In this document: piece after piece, positions 15,998 to 27,100 of the stretch | How positions within the stretch are numbered: position 1 is the first letter of the stretch | How the letters are laid out: every line of letters starts with the position of its first letter | Virus record (IMG/VR): IMGVR_UViG_3300026187_000056 | Location: 1 to 31,916 of that record | DNA from: a virus | Lineage: Duplodnaviria > Caudoviricetes | Reading direction: 5' to 3' (one strand) | DNA: 31,916 nucleotides | The notes under the pieces: model-generated | Told to the model about the DNA's origin: nothing | What the model saw: only the letters and a program-made list of their open reading frames with translations | The model's database searches: none | Program-made: the position numbers and the translations under genes

Positions 15998-17152
15998 ATG
16001 GCTAATACACTTACAAACTTAACACCAGATTTATACGAGGCTCTTGATACAGTCTCGCGTGAACTGGTTGGCTTGATCCCTGCTGTGACTCTGAACGCAT
16101 CTGCTGAAAGAGCCGCAAAGGGCCAAACTATCCGCAGCGCGGTTGCTCCAGCAGCATCTGCCGCAGATATCACTCCAGCGCAGAAAGCGCCCGATACTGG
16201 CGACCAGACCATCGGCAACAAGACTCTGAGCATCAGCAAGTCTCGCGGTGTGGCTATTCGCTACAACGGCGAAGAGCAGCGCGGTCTGAACGCAAATGGC
16301 CCTGGCTACCAGAATGTCCTGCGTGACCAGTTCGCTCAAGGCATGCGTACTCTTTGCAACGAAGTCGAAACCGACATTGCTGCTCTGTACGCCAGCGCAT
16401 CTCGCGCATATGGTACTGCTGGAACTACTCCATTCGGTACTGCTGGCGATTTCACCGATGCTTCTTTTGCTCTGGAAATCCTGAAAGACAACGGCGCCCC
16501 GCTGACCAGCAACCAGCTGGTCGTTAGTTCAGCTGCCGGAGCCAACATGCTTGGCAAGCAAAGCCGTGTTGACGTACAGGGAAATGATTCTCTGCTGCGC
16601 CAGGGCGTAATGCTTTCAACTGCTGGCATGGATATCCGTGAATCAGCACAGATCAATGCGCACACCAAAGGCACTGCAACATCTGCTACAACTGACGATT
16701 CTGGTTATGCTGTCGGCGCAACTGAAATCACTCTGGCCTCTGCCGGAACCGGCACAATCGTTGCTGGTGATGTGATCACTTTTGCTGGCGACGATAACAA
16801 GTATCTGGTCACTTCTGGTGACGGCGATGTTTCTGGTGGTGGAACCATCACTATTGCCGAGCCTGGCCTGAAGGTTGCTATCGCTGGATCAACGACTGCC
16901 ATCACTGTTGGCAATGATTTCGCCGCAAACATGGCTTTCAACCGATCTGCCATTGTTCTGGTTACCCGCGCACCAGCGCGTCCAGAGGAAGGCGACCTGG
17001 CTGAAGATGTTATGCTGATGACTGATCCACGATCTGGCATCACTTTTGAAGTGAGCATGTACAAAGAATATCGACAGGTTCACTTTGAAGTCGCACTGGC
17101 ATGGGGCGTTTCTGCCATCAAGCCAGAGCATATGGCTGTACTTCTGGGCTAA
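15998..17152 (+). CDS. Major capsid protein (P22 coat-like, with an inserted beta domain)
   Basis: ANTLTNLTPDLYEALDTVSRELVG start, ALAWGV..IKPEH end, biased codon use. Confidence 0.9.
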   Translation: MANTLTNLTPDLYEALDTVSRELVGLIPAVTLNASAERAAKGQTIRSAVAPAASAADITPAQKAPDTGDQTIGNKTLSISKSRGVAIRYNGEEQRGLNANGPGYQNVLRDQFAQGMRTLCNEVETDIAALYASASRAYGTAGTTPFGTAGDFTDASFALEILKDNGAPLTSNQLVVSSAAGANMLGKQSRVDVQGNDSLLRQGVMLSTAGMDIRESAQINAHTKGTATSATTDDSGYAVGATEITLASAGTGTIVAGDVITFAGDDNKYLVTSGDGDVSGGGTITIAEPGLKVAIAGSTTAITVGNDFAANMAFNRSAIVLVTRAPARPEEGDLAEDVMLMTDPRSGITFEVSMYKEYRQVHFEVALAWGVSAIKPEHMAVLLG

Positions 17153-17164
17153 ATTGTCTGAAAT

Positions 17165-17202
17165 GGAAACGCGGGTGGCGCTTGCTGCCCGCTTTCCTAT
17201 TT
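17165..17202 (+). terminator. Intrinsic terminator after the capsid gene
   Basis: GCGGGTGGC-GCTT-GCTGCCCGC followed by TTTCCTATTT. Confidence 0.7.
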
Positions 17203-17213
17203 GGTGAGCAAAT

Positions 17214-17708
17214 ATGGCGACTCTCATTGTCGAAGATGGATCAATCGTATCCGGTGCAAACACTTATGTGACTGTCGCTGAATTCACGCAGTTCTGTTCT
17301 GATAGAAATATCACCATTACCAGTACATACGGCGATGAATCAGAATTGCTAATACAGGCGATGGATTATTTCGAGCAGCAGCCATTCAAAGGCATCAAGT
17401 TCATTGAAACCCAGCCGCTGCAATTCCCGCGATCTGACTTCTACCTGGACGGATATCTGACTGATTCAGATGCAATTCCGCAGCTAGTCAAAGATGCGCA
17501 GATCACAATCGCAGTCTCAATCATGCAAGGGAATGATCCGCTCACTACTCTGGATCGCTCTGTGAAGCGCGAACAGATAGATGTGCTGGAAATTGAGTAC
17601 ATGGACAACGCTGGGCCATCCGTAATAATTCGCAGCATCAGCAACATTATGCGGAAATTGGTTGTCAGCAGTACAATGGGCAGCAGTTTCAGAACCATCA
17701 GGGTATAG
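17214..17708 (+). CDS. Head-tail adaptor (DnaT-like annotated family)
   Basis: LIVEDGS.VSGANTYVTVAE, QPLQFPR, IP..VKDAQ. Confidence 0.82.
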   Translation: MATLIVEDGSIVSGANTYVTVAEFTQFCSDRNITITSTYGDESELLIQAMDYFEQQPFKGIKFIETQPLQFPRSDFYLDGYLTDSDAIPQLVKDAQITIAVSIMQGNDPLTTLDRSVKREQIDVLEIEYMDNAGPSVIIRSISNIMRKLVVSSTMGSSFRTIRV

Positions 17709-17711
17709 ATC

Positions 17712-18074
17712 ATGGCGATCAACTACACTGCTCTGCAATCCACAGCTGAGAATCTGCTGCGGGACAATGGTCAAAGTATCACATTCAGTTATACCGGCGG
17801 CGCTGTTATAGATCCGGCAACGGGCGTTGTGAGCGATTCTGGAACCACCGAAACTGTTACAGGGTATGGAATAGCCACAAACTTTCAAAACGCTGAGATC
17901 GACGGAGAAACAGTTCTGGCCTCTGATCTCAGGCTCATTGCGAATAACGTGGCAGAAGAGCCGAAACCGGATTGGACGGCTGTGGTCAACAGCAAAACCT
18001 GGCGCGTGATGAATGTTCAGCCAATTAATCCAGCAGGGACAAATGTGATCTACATTTGCCAGTTGAGAATATGA
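17712..18074 (+). CDS. Head closure / head-tail joining protein
   Basis: Position; DPATG, IDG..VLASD and W.VMNV.PINPAG motifs. Confidence 0.75.
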   Translation: MAINYTALQSTAENLLRDNGQSITFSYTGGAVIDPATGVVSDSGTTETVTGYGIATNFQNAEIDGETVLASDLRLIANNVAEEPKPDWTAVVNSKTWRVMNVQPINPAGTNVIYICQLRI

Positions 18075-18484
18075 GCGCAGCGGAAAAAGACATAAACACG
18101 GCACTTTCGGTGCGATTGAAGGCATTCCAGACCGCTGGAGAGCCGCCGATAGCGTATGAAAACACGCAGTATGAGCCGACCGAGGGCAGTCTGTATTTGC
18201 AGGAGGCGTTTCTGCCGAACATCAAGGCAATTGTCGGCGTTTCGCATACCAGTTCAGATGATTACGAGGGCATCTATCAAATTACTGTGGCCGATGGCCG
18301 GGGTGATCGCAGATTCGACGCCCAGGAGCAAGCCAGGCTGTTATCTTCGCACTTTCCGCGTGGCGCAGAATATACATACAACGGGGTGACTGTGAAAATT
18401 GTCCAGACTCGCGTCAACGGCGCGGTGATCGAGGATAATTGGTACAATGTCCCGGTCACTGTTGAATGGCGGGCTTTTGCATGA
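18071..18484 (+). CDS. Tail terminator (DUF4128-like)
   Basis: IAYEN..YEP, GIYQITV, HFPRG, WYNVPVTVEW; ATGA coupling. Confidence 0.75.
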   Translation: MSAAEKDINTALSVRLKAFQTAGEPPIAYENTQYEPTEGSLYLQEAFLPNIKAIVGVSHTSSDDYEGIYQITVADGRGDRRFDAQEQARLLSSHFPRGAEYTYNGVTVKIVQTRVNGAVIEDNWYNVPVTVEWRAFA

Positions 18485-18870
18485 GTTTTGAATCTGATTG
18501 GGAGAAGGTTTCTAAGAAGCTGGACAGAACTCTCAGCGAAGGGATTCGGGCGACTTTGTTTGAAGTTGGCACTGCCATAATCAAGGAAACTCCAGTTGAT
18601 ACTGGTCGCGCCAGGGGAAACTGGCAAGCCAGCGTAAATGATGCTTCTGGGGGTGAATTGAGCAGAACTAGCGAAGGAGCTGCGATTGCTCAATTAAGCC
18701 AGGAAGCAAGCGCTGCGGTTGGTAACACTTTTTTCTTCACCAATAACTTGCCATATATCCGAAGGCTAGAATATGGCTATTCTGAACAGGCTCCGCAGGG
18801 GATGGTCAGACGCAATTTACAAAATTTTAATCGACTGCTTGCTAAGAATTTGAAAGCAGCCGCAAAGTAA
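18481..18870 (+). CDS. HK97 gp10-like tail completion protein
   Basis: TPVDTGRARGNW, NNLPYIRRLEYGYS.QAPQGMVR. Confidence 0.85.
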   Translation: MSFESDWEKVSKKLDRTLSEGIRATLFEVGTAIIKETPVDTGRARGNWQASVNDASGGELSRTSEGAAIAQLSQEASAAVGNTFFFTNNLPYIRRLEYGYSEQAPQGMVRRNLQNFNRLLAKNLKAAAK

Positions 18871-18892
18871 TTGATTTAATAGGAGCTATATC

Positions 18893-19345
18893 ATGGCTAT
18901 TCAAACATCAGCAGGCACAACGCTGGGATTATCTACAACTCTACCGACTACTTTCGACGATGATGGCGGTACTGGTTATCCATCGCTAACATTCACAACT
19001 GTGGGCGAGATCACTGAGATCCCTGCTTTCGGTTCTGTTTACAACTTGATCACTCACAATCCGCTTGGTGAGCGCCGGGTAACAAAGCGCAAGGGTTCCA
19101 TCAATGATGGCACTCTGACTCTGACTTTCGCAGCAGATGCCGCTGATACTGGACAGGCAGCACTAAAAACTGCTCACACCAGCGACAGCGAAATCGCAAT
19201 TGCTATCACATATCCAGATGGCGAAGATGATTATTTTACTGCTTTGATTATGTCTTTTCAGATCAACGCTGGCGGCTCAGACAGCATCAAGCAAGATACT
19301 GTAACGCTTGAGCTGACTCGCGCACCAGTAAATGTCTCCGCTTAA
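18893..19345 (+). CDS. Major tail (tube) protein
   Basis: VGEITEIPAFG, KRKGSINDG, D.GQ; strong SD AGGAG. Confidence 0.85.
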   Translation: MAIQTSAGTTLGLSTTLPTTFDDDGGTGYPSLTFTTVGEITEIPAFGSVYNLITHNPLGERRVTKRKGSINDGTLTLTFAADAADTGQAALKTAHTSDSEIAIAITYPDGEDDYFTALIMSFQINAGGSDSIKQDTVTLELTRAPVNVSA

Positions 19346-19364
19346 TAAAAAGGGTAATTAATTC

Positions 19365-19769
19365 ATGGATTTGGCAAACATTGATCTGCAAGCTGCCGCA
19401 GAGAACGGCATCGACGTATCATTACAGCATCCCGCCACCGGAGACTTTTTGGTCGATGATGGCGGTGATCATTTGGTTATAACTGTTCTAGGCAAAGATA
19501 GCGAAATTTGGCAGACCGCTGCGAAGCGAATCAACACCAAAAACGCCAATCGGTACAAGGGCAAGAATGTGCCAAACAGTGCGCTGGAAAATGCGTTGTA
19601 TGAAATACTCAGCGAATGCACAGTAAAGTGGACTAAAAACATTGAGTTCGACGGCGAGGCACTGAAGTGCAACAAAGAGAACGCTTTGATGTTATATGAG
19701 AAGCGGAACTGGATTGCAGAGCAATTGGTCGAGGCAGCGGGGGATCGCGCCAGCTATTTTTTGAAATAA
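19365..19769 (+). CDS. Tail assembly chaperone (G-like)
   Basis: LQHPATG..ITVLGKDS; lies between tube and tape measure; ends at a slippery site. Confidence 0.85.
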   Translation: MDLANIDLQAAAENGIDVSLQHPATGDFLVDDGGDHLVITVLGKDSEIWQTAAKRINTKNANRYKGKNVPNSALENALYEILSECTVKWTKNIEFDGEALKCNKENALMLYEKRNWIAEQLVEAAGDRASYFLK

Positions 19770-20218
19770 CTTCACTGCTGGAACTATATGTCCGGCAGTG
19801 GGCCTGGTTGAATACCAGAGCCAAAGACCAGTCAAATCCTAGAATCGAGCATCTTGAGATAGACTCGATAAGCGAGCGGTTCCCAGATGTGGAGCCGTTT
19901 GCTTATCTGGTTGATTTGCTTAGTCGCCTGGGAGTAGCCATCAACAATGGTTCAGGCGTCCAAGCAATAACATGGCAAGAGATGGATGCGTTCGTGCAGC
20001 GCACCAGAATACCCATCACATCATGGGAAGCTGAGACACTGAAACGGCTTTCGGCTGTGTATGCGGGTTCTGTGGTAAAATACGATAATCAAGACGCTCC
20101 AGCGCCATATCGCAATGCCGAAGAAACCAAGCGCATTGCAACATCGATGAAATCCGTACTACGGCAAGTTGTGATAAAGGATAAGCATGGATCTGGCCAC
20201 GATACAAATCAAGGTTGA
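19757..20218 (+). CDS. Tail assembly chaperone extension (GT-like) reached by -1 frameshift
   Basis: T TTT TTG heptamer at 19757-19763; the -1 frame is open (FEITSLLELYVRQWAWLNTR...) to 20218; ITWQEMDAF...WEAETLKRLS..Y motif. Confidence 0.82.
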   Translation, partial: FFEITSLLELYVRQWAWLNTRAKDQSNPRIEHLEIDSISERFPDVEPFAYLVDLLSRLGVAINNGSGVQAITWQEMDAFVQRTRIPITSWEAETLKRLSAVYAGSVVKYDNQDAPAPYRNAEETKRIATSMKSVLRQVVIKDKHGSGHDTNQG

Positions 20219-23200
20219 TACCAGGGAAGTCAATGCTGCGAATGATGCAGTTGGCAAACTTGGAAAAACCGGCACAAAAGTCGGAAAAGATTTAAATGCT
20301 GCAAATGATAGTCTGGCCAAAAGCACTGGCGGCGTTTCGGCAGCATATAAAGCCCTGGGCGGTGTTATGGCCGCGCTTGGGGTTGGTGCATTAGTCAACT
20401 CATTCAAGAATACAGTGACCGAGACAGAGCGTCTGAAGGGATCTCTGGTCACTATGACGGGAAGCACAGAGAATGCTGGGATTGCATTTAATGCTTTGCT
20501 TGGTTTTGCTTCTTCAACTCCCTTCACATTAAATCAATCTGTTGAATCATTTATTAAGCTGAAATCTTTGGGACTTGATCCATCTGAACGCGCATTGCAA
20601 TCCTATGGGAACACTGCTGCGGCGATGGGCAAAGATATGACCCAGATGATTGAAGCAGTAGCAGATGCTTCAACAGGTGAATTTGAGCGATTGAAGGAAT
20701 TTGGCATCAAGGCCAGTTCAGAGGGTGATCGAGTAAAGTTCACTTTTCAGGGCGTAACAACTGAAATCGGCAAAAACGCCGATGAAATTCAGGAATATCT
20801 TCTCGGCATCGGCGAGGTCAATTTCAGCGGCGCGATGGAAGATCAGATGAAGCGTTTGCCGGGACTTCTGTCTAATTTATCTGATCAAGTAACCAAGCTA
20901 TTTCTCAAAATTGGCGATTCTGGAGGGATAAAGTTATTCACAATCGCCATAGGTGCTGCCAGTTCAGCAATCGGTTTGATAACTGAAAATCTTGATATTT
21001 TGGGAATCTCCCTAGCAGCAACAGCTGCCGCGATGGTTGCTTTTAGCGCCGGTTCGATTGCTTCTTCAATAATCGCAGGGCTTGGCAGAATAAAAACTGC
21101 CGTGATTGCTCTGAATACTGCAATAAAAAGCAATCCGATTGCTTTTGTGGCCAGCGCAGTTGCTGCTGCCGCTGTTATTATGTATGCAAATTTCGACAGA
21201 GTGAGATGGGCGGCAACGAATGCGGCCACATTGATCGAAATTGCTTATCTGGAATTGAAATCGTTTTTGTTGAGAACATTTATTGCCATTGGTGATTTTT
21301 TCTCCAAATGGTGGGAAAACGCGGCAAATATTGCAGAAAAGGCCATTGAAAAGATTGGAAATTATTGGGAAATCTTCAGAACTTGGTTTTCTGGATTCTT
21401 GACCGGGCTTTTGAACAATTATGTGAAGCCTGCAACGGAAAAGATTGCTGAGTTTTTCAAAAAGGCTGCTTTGAACATTGAAATCGCTTGGAATGCTTTC
21501 AAGGTTTCTTTTCTGACAATGGTTGGTGGAATTGTTGATGATGTAAAAGAGGCGTTTAACGATTTAACTAATACCATCATTGCAACAGCAACAGCGGCCA
21601 AAGAAGCAATTATGGACCCGCTGAATGCGGTTGATACATTCACGCAGACATATCAAACAACTCTCGAAACTCTGGCGACTACAGCACCGGATAAAATAGC
21701 GACATTCAGCACAGCGATTGACGATGCAAACGAAAGCATCATCAGCGCAAAAGATGAGCTGGTCACTCTGGACACTCAGGTCGGAACGACAACGACAAAT
21801 ACCAACAGCCTGGGAGATGCGCTCGCAGATGTTGGTGATGACACTTCTGGATTGGATACTTTTGACACTGAACTGGAAAATACCGAGCAAGATCTCGCAG
21901 ATGCTTATTCTAAATTAACAGAATTTGATGGCGCTGTTGCGGCTACAGGAAGCAACACAGAAGGATTGGAAACGCTTGATACCATTCTGGGGGATGTTGG
22001 AACATCTGCCGAAAATGCAAAAACGAGCATTCTGGGGATTCAGACTGAGATCAAGAACACTGGCGATGATATTGATTTCACTTTTGGCGATGGCCCGGAG
22101 AGCGTCAAATTCACTTTGAGCGGATTGTTTAGCGATTTCCTGCAAAACGGAAAAGATGCTTTTACAGGCATTTTAGATGCGTTTAAGCAATTGATTGCTG
22201 ACATGATTGCTAAGTGGGCAGCATCAAAACTGATTGAATTGTTCAGCGGAACATTCAGTTCAATAGGTTCATTATTCTCTGGGCTTATGTCATCAATTGG
22301 TGCTGGCATTGCGAGCCTGGCATCATCTGCGGCAAATGTTGGTGCGGCAGTTGTCGGGGGTGGCGGCGCAGCTGCTGCAACTACGGCGGCAACTACGGCG
22401 GCAGCAACTACCGCAGCAGCAACTACCGCAGCAGCAACTACCGCAGCAACAACTGCTGGAGTAAATGCGGCAGCACTGGCTGCTGGTTCCGGGCTTGGTG
22501 CTGGAACCACTGCCGTATTTGCTGCGCCAGGCGCACTGGCTGGCACAACAGCAGTAACAGGGCTGACTGGTGGAACAACTGCCGCCACAACAGCTGCAAC
22601 GACAGGCACAACAGCAGCGGCAACCGGCGGTGGCATCAGTTCTGCATTGCAAACTCTTGGCCCGGCTGCGCTATTTGCTTATCTCGCACTCAAGTGGGAT
22701 ATATTCGGATTGAACAGGCCAAACTATCCATCATTCGATGAATTGCCGCCAGCTGTCCAGGCGAAAGAAATGTTAGAGGCATTTGAGGCCAATGCCCAGC
22801 CGTTCATGATGGGATTAGGCCCAGAAGATACCGAAGGCATGGCTGGATTTGAGCCTGCAGTGCTGATTGATCTTTACAGGCGCATCAAAGGCAGGCTCGG
22901 CACTGACGCGTCAGATACGCTTTCCAAGATTGAGAATCATCCACTGCTGCAGACTTCGCTGTACGATATGGTGGATGGATCATTCAAGGATGGCCTGTAC
23001 AATGTGCCGCATGATGGCTTTGTTGCTGAATTACATGCTGGTGAGCGAGTTCTCACTGCCCAGCAAGCCGATGCTGCCGATACCATGTCAGCAGACTTTG
23101 CGGCGCTGCGGGGATCAATTGAAGAGATCATGATCGCAGTCGCCAGGAACACAGCGAAATCTTATCGACTTTATGATCGATGGGATAAGAATGGATTACC

Positions 23201-23219
23201 GCCGGAGCGTACAACATGA
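20187..23219 (+). CDS. Tail tape measure protein
   Basis: FASSTPF, AVADASTGEFERLKEFGI; Ala/Gly-rich helices; C-terminal GL..VP.DGF.AELH.GERVLTA. Confidence 0.95.
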   Translation: MDLATIQIKVDTREVNAANDAVGKLGKTGTKVGKDLNAANDSLAKSTGGVSAAYKALGGVMAALGVGALVNSFKNTVTETERLKGSLVTMTGSTENAGIAFNALLGFASSTPFTLNQSVESFIKLKSLGLDPSERALQSYGNTAAAMGKDMTQMIEAVADASTGEFERLKEFGIKASSEGDRVKFTFQGVTTEIGKNADEIQEYLLGIGEVNFSGAMEDQMKRLPGLLSNLSDQVTKLFLKIGDSGGIKLFTIAIGAASSAIGLITENLDILGISLAATAAAMVAFSAGSIASSIIAGLGRIKTAVIALNTAIKSNPIAFVASAVAAAAVIMYANFDRVRWAATNAATLIEIAYLELKSFLLRTFIAIGDFFSKWWENAANIAEKAIEKIGNYWEIFRTWFSGFLTGLLNNYVKPATEKIAEFFKKAALNIEIAWNAFKVSFLTMVGGIVDDVKEAFNDLTNTIIATATAAKEAIMDPLNAVDTFTQTYQTTLETLATTAPDKIATFSTAIDDANESIISAKDELVTLDTQVGTTTTNTNSLGDALADVGDDTSGLDTFDTELENTEQDLADAYSKLTEFDGAVAATGSNTEGLETLDTILGDVGTSAENAKTSILGIQTEIKNTGDDIDFTFGDGPESVKFTLSGLFSDFLQNGKDAFTGILDAFKQLIADMIAKWAASKLIELFSGTFSSIGSLFSGLMSSIGAGIASLASSAANVGAAVVGGGGAAAATTAATTAAATTAAATTAAATTAATTAGVNAAALAAGSGLGAGTTAVFAAPGALAGTTAVTGLTGGTTAATTAATTGTTAAATGGGISSALQTLGPAALFAYLALKWDIFGLNRPNYPSFDELPPAVQAKEMLEAFEANAQPFMMGLGPEDTEGMAGFEPAVLIDLYRRIKGRLGTDASDTLSKIENHPLLQTSLYDMVDGSFKDGLYNVPHDGFVAELHAGERVLTAQQADAADTMSADFAALRGSIEEIMIAVARNTAKSYRLYDRWDKNGLPPERTT
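22377..22445 (+). repeat. In-frame tandem repeats in the tape measure gene
   Basis: (GCAACTACGGCG)x2 then (GCAGCAACTACCGCA)x3, encoding ATTA/AATTA. Confidence 0.9.
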
Positions 23220-24133
23220 AGCTAATACGACCGGAAACAGTCACCGACAGCGTTCTCCAATCATCTACTGTTGCAGAAACTGATGAAGCAGAATGGGCGT
23301 CTGGCACGACTTATGCGGATGGCGATCTGGTCATGGTTACCGGGACAGGTGGCGGCGCTGCAACTGCGACTCACAAGATTTATGAATCGGAGGTTGGCAG
23401 CAATGTCGGCAACGATCCGACAATTGATGATGGTACAAACTGGACAGAGATCTCCAGCACCAATCGATTCAAAATGTTCGATGATGTCGTGCAGGATCAG
23501 ACTGTCAAGGCTGGTGGCTTCAATGTCGTTTTGCAGTCTCCGGCAGTGATCAATTCTGTCGGATTTGTAAATGTTGATACCGCTTCAATCACCATCCAGG
23601 TCGATGATGCTACCGAGGGAACTGTATACAACGAAACTTTCAACATGGTTTCAGATTCGGGCATAAATGATTGGTATGCGTATTTCTTTGAGCCAATCGT
23701 CCGGGATGATCGCCTGGCTGTCACTGATTTGCCGCCGTATGCGAGCGCAGATATTACTGTGACATTCACCGATACCGGCACAGCGAAGTGCGGGGCATGC
23801 GTAATCGGAGCATTCGCGAATCTTGGCTTGTCGCAGCACGGAATGAATCTGTCGATCATTGATTATTCGACCAAAACGACAGACGCGAATGGCAGGGTGA
23901 CAATCACTCCCGGAGCATTCGCAAACAAGATGGAAGTGGATGTTATTTTGGACACTTCCACGTTTAAGCAAGCCAAAGACGTTTTGACAGATGTTAGAAC
24001 AACGCCATGCGTCTGGATCGCCGAAGATGACAATCGCGGCTCAATCGTTTATGGCTATTATCGGGAATTCGACATAATTTTGACCAATCCAACACTGAGC
24101 CGATGTGCTTTGGAAATTGAAGGGCTTACATAA
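23216..24133 (+). CDS. Distal tail / tail-tip protein with N-terminal carbohydrate-binding-like motif
   Basis: Follows the tape measure gene; W.SGTTY..GDLV...HKIYES motif; TNRFKMFD, IIDYSTK, YGYYREF. Confidence 0.7.
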   Translation: MKLIRPETVTDSVLQSSTVAETDEAEWASGTTYADGDLVMVTGTGGGAATATHKIYESEVGSNVGNDPTIDDGTNWTEISSTNRFKMFDDVVQDQTVKAGGFNVVLQSPAVINSVGFVNVDTASITIQVDDATEGTVYNETFNMVSDSGINDWYAYFFEPIVRDDRLAVTDLPPYASADITVTFTDTGTAKCGACVIGAFANLGLSQHGMNLSIIDYSTKTTDANGRVTITPGAFANKMEVDVILDTSTFKQAKDVLTDVRTTPCVWIAEDDNRGSIVYGYYREFDIILTNPTLSRCALEIEGLT

Positions 24134-27100
24134 TGACTATTAGCACGATTACTCCATTACCCACCGCACCATCCAGGGATGATGCTCCGGCCACGTTTAT
24201 ATCCAGGGCGAATGCTTTCCTGGCTGCAATGGTCACAATGGGAACCGAACTTAATACCAGCATCGGCCAAATGAATACCGATATTGCTGGGGTGAATCAA
24301 GATGCCCAGGATGCTGCCGACTCTGCTGCATCTGCAATTGCATCTGCCAATTTCAAAGGCGCATGGTCAAGTCTCACTGGTGCGCTGAATATACCTGCAT
24401 CAGTAAGTCACAGCGGCTCGATCTGGATTCTGTTAAACAATCTGGCTGACGTTACCGCTTCTGAGCCGGGCGTTTCTGCGGATTGGCAGGATTTACCAAT
24501 TATTCCAAGTCAAACAGGGCAATCTGGTAAATATTTAACGACAGACGGCTCAAGCACCAGCTGGGGCGAGTTGACAGTATCAGCCGGTGAGAAAACATTT
24601 GTTGCGACCGGATCAATCACTGCTGGCCAGACGGTAGGACTAAAGACAGACGGAACTGTTGAGATAATCTCTGGCACAGCGGCAGCGCAAATCTATAACG
24701 AATCTGCTTATCAAGAATATTCAATAACAACCACGAATATTTATGATTTCAATTTTGCCTATGACTCAGTAAATCAAAAAGTTTACGCATTGTATGCACA
24801 AACTGCTGATCTCTATGTACGAATAGGAACTGTAAGCGGTGACCAAATAAGTTTTGGTTCAGATGTACTGGTAACGAATGCAAAATATGCAAATCAGTGG
24901 ATGGACTTTGCTGTTAATTACGATCCTGATCAAGATCGCATGGTCGTTTTTTATCAAAATTCGTCTAATCTTCTGACTGCTGTTGCTGGCGTGGTCGTTG
25001 GTTCTACAGTCACTTTCGGAAGCCCTGCGTCATTAGCAACATATAATTTTCAAGAATCTCGCGGATTTTCATTTTTCTATGATACCGAACACAATACGCA
25101 TCATGTTGCTTTCGAATCATCAACACAGGGCAATGCCGCTCTAGCACCATTTACTGTTAGCGGAACAACAATTACATGGGGCAATTTTTTCAGGCCGAAT
25201 AGCGGCCACGGAGTGAATGGTGCATCTGGGGATTTCTGCCCGTCAATTAACAAAATAATTGTCGGCGCATTTGGTACATCTACAACTCACTATTTTTATC
25301 TAGTTGATTTTGACGGTACAGACTACACGCTAGAAGCAACAGAGACATTTACAAGCACAGGAGCTGCTACTGCCGAACACACGCAGCTCTATTATGATGA
25401 TGATACTGCGACCGCTGTAATGGCTGCATATCATGATGGAGAAAATAAAGGCGTTGCCGCGACTGTAACATCTTCAACAATTACAGCCGGAACAATTATA
25501 AATTTAGCCAATTCAACTAGCCAAAATTATGGCCGACTGGCATATAACCCAAACGCAAACCATTGGTGGTATGGAACCAGCGGAAACGATGTTTTTGAAC
25601 TCAGAAAAATAACTGTATCAGGCACGACTATAACATCTGTGGATGCTGGTTTTTTTAGCGGTACATTATCTCCAGATGGCAATTATGCCAGAATGATAAA
25701 TATATTCACTGACACCACTACAGGAATGAATTTCGCATTCTTAACTCACCAAGGTTTCAATGAATGGCTTTCAAGAGGATGGCTGGAAGGTCAGTGGAAT
25801 ACTAATGCCGATACTTTTGTCGGTATTGCAAAGCAGACTGTGACAGATGGACAAAATGTCACAGTAACGATAACCGCTGGCACAAATGAAAATGTGACCG
25901 GATTGAGTACCGGCGTGGATTATTGGGTTAATTACAATGGCGACCTAGTAAATTTTGCAACATCATTTTCAAAGGTTGGCAGAGCGTTATCAGCGACAAA
26001 AATACTAGTATCCGGTTCATCTGACAGTCCATTGGAAGATGAGCATACATCCTTCTTCCAAGCTGGTCAGAACATGACAGCCGGGGATATGGTTTATCTG
26101 GATTCGTCTGGGGTTCTTGGCCCTGCTAGTTATTCTAGAGGTGATTTTGATACGAATGTCGCAGAGGCGAATGATAGTACCAACTTTTATTCTGCCAGTT
26201 GGGGTGCGACTTGTTATGTATCACCAAATTCAAGCAGGGTTCTATATGTTTGGTGGGGTAGTAATCAGTACCTTTACGGACGACTGGGTGAATATGATAA
26301 AGCCACTGGCTCTTTAACATTCACAACAACGCCTAGCGTTTTAGAATCGACTGTCGGCAAGTTACAAACTACGCAAGGCGGTATTAAAATTGTATATAAC
26401 ACAACGAACAGTTGTTGGTATGTTTTATATTTCAACAGCAGTCAATATTTAAGAGGGCGGTCCGTAAAAGATCAGGCAACACTTAGCACTGCTGTTGCGA
26501 CTCTTTACTCTGGAACGGTCCACGATTCATCGAATGGCGGCATGAATGTTTCTTATGACAGAACAAATAATCAAGGTCTTGCCACTTGGAGATATGATTC
26601 GTCTTCGATGCTTTCTCGATCTTTCAAAGCAAATGGGAATGGAGCGCCATCAACTTCTGGAATGGGCAGTTCTTACTTATCTGGAATAAGCGGCTTCCCA
26701 ACGAGCAACTGGAATGTTGTTTCTTGGTATGATGATGTGAATTTGGTTCACAGGGCAATGTATCCGCACCAATCTGCCAATGTCAGAATCTTTGCTTATG
26801 ACTTAATAAACACACCGACAGTGACACCATTGCCAAGCACAAACGGCTTTCAAACTAATATAATTACAAATTCTGCCAGTGGCCAGATATTGGGTGCTTG
26901 GTGTAAAACGCCCAGCAGAATCGCGTTATTTTATAGAGACACAAGCAACAATAACCAATCACGGCTAATAGAAGTCACTGGAGCATCTACTTATGATCTC
27001 GGTACATCGGGAAGTACACAACTCACTCAAAATGCTTCAACATGGATTCAATATTCTTTTGCTTGGTGGAGTGAAGCATTGCAAAAACTTTATTTCACCA

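Noticed and set aside
22040-22652. Minus-strand Ala/Val- and Cys-rich ORFs
   Set aside because: Shadows of the tape-measure low-complexity repeat.
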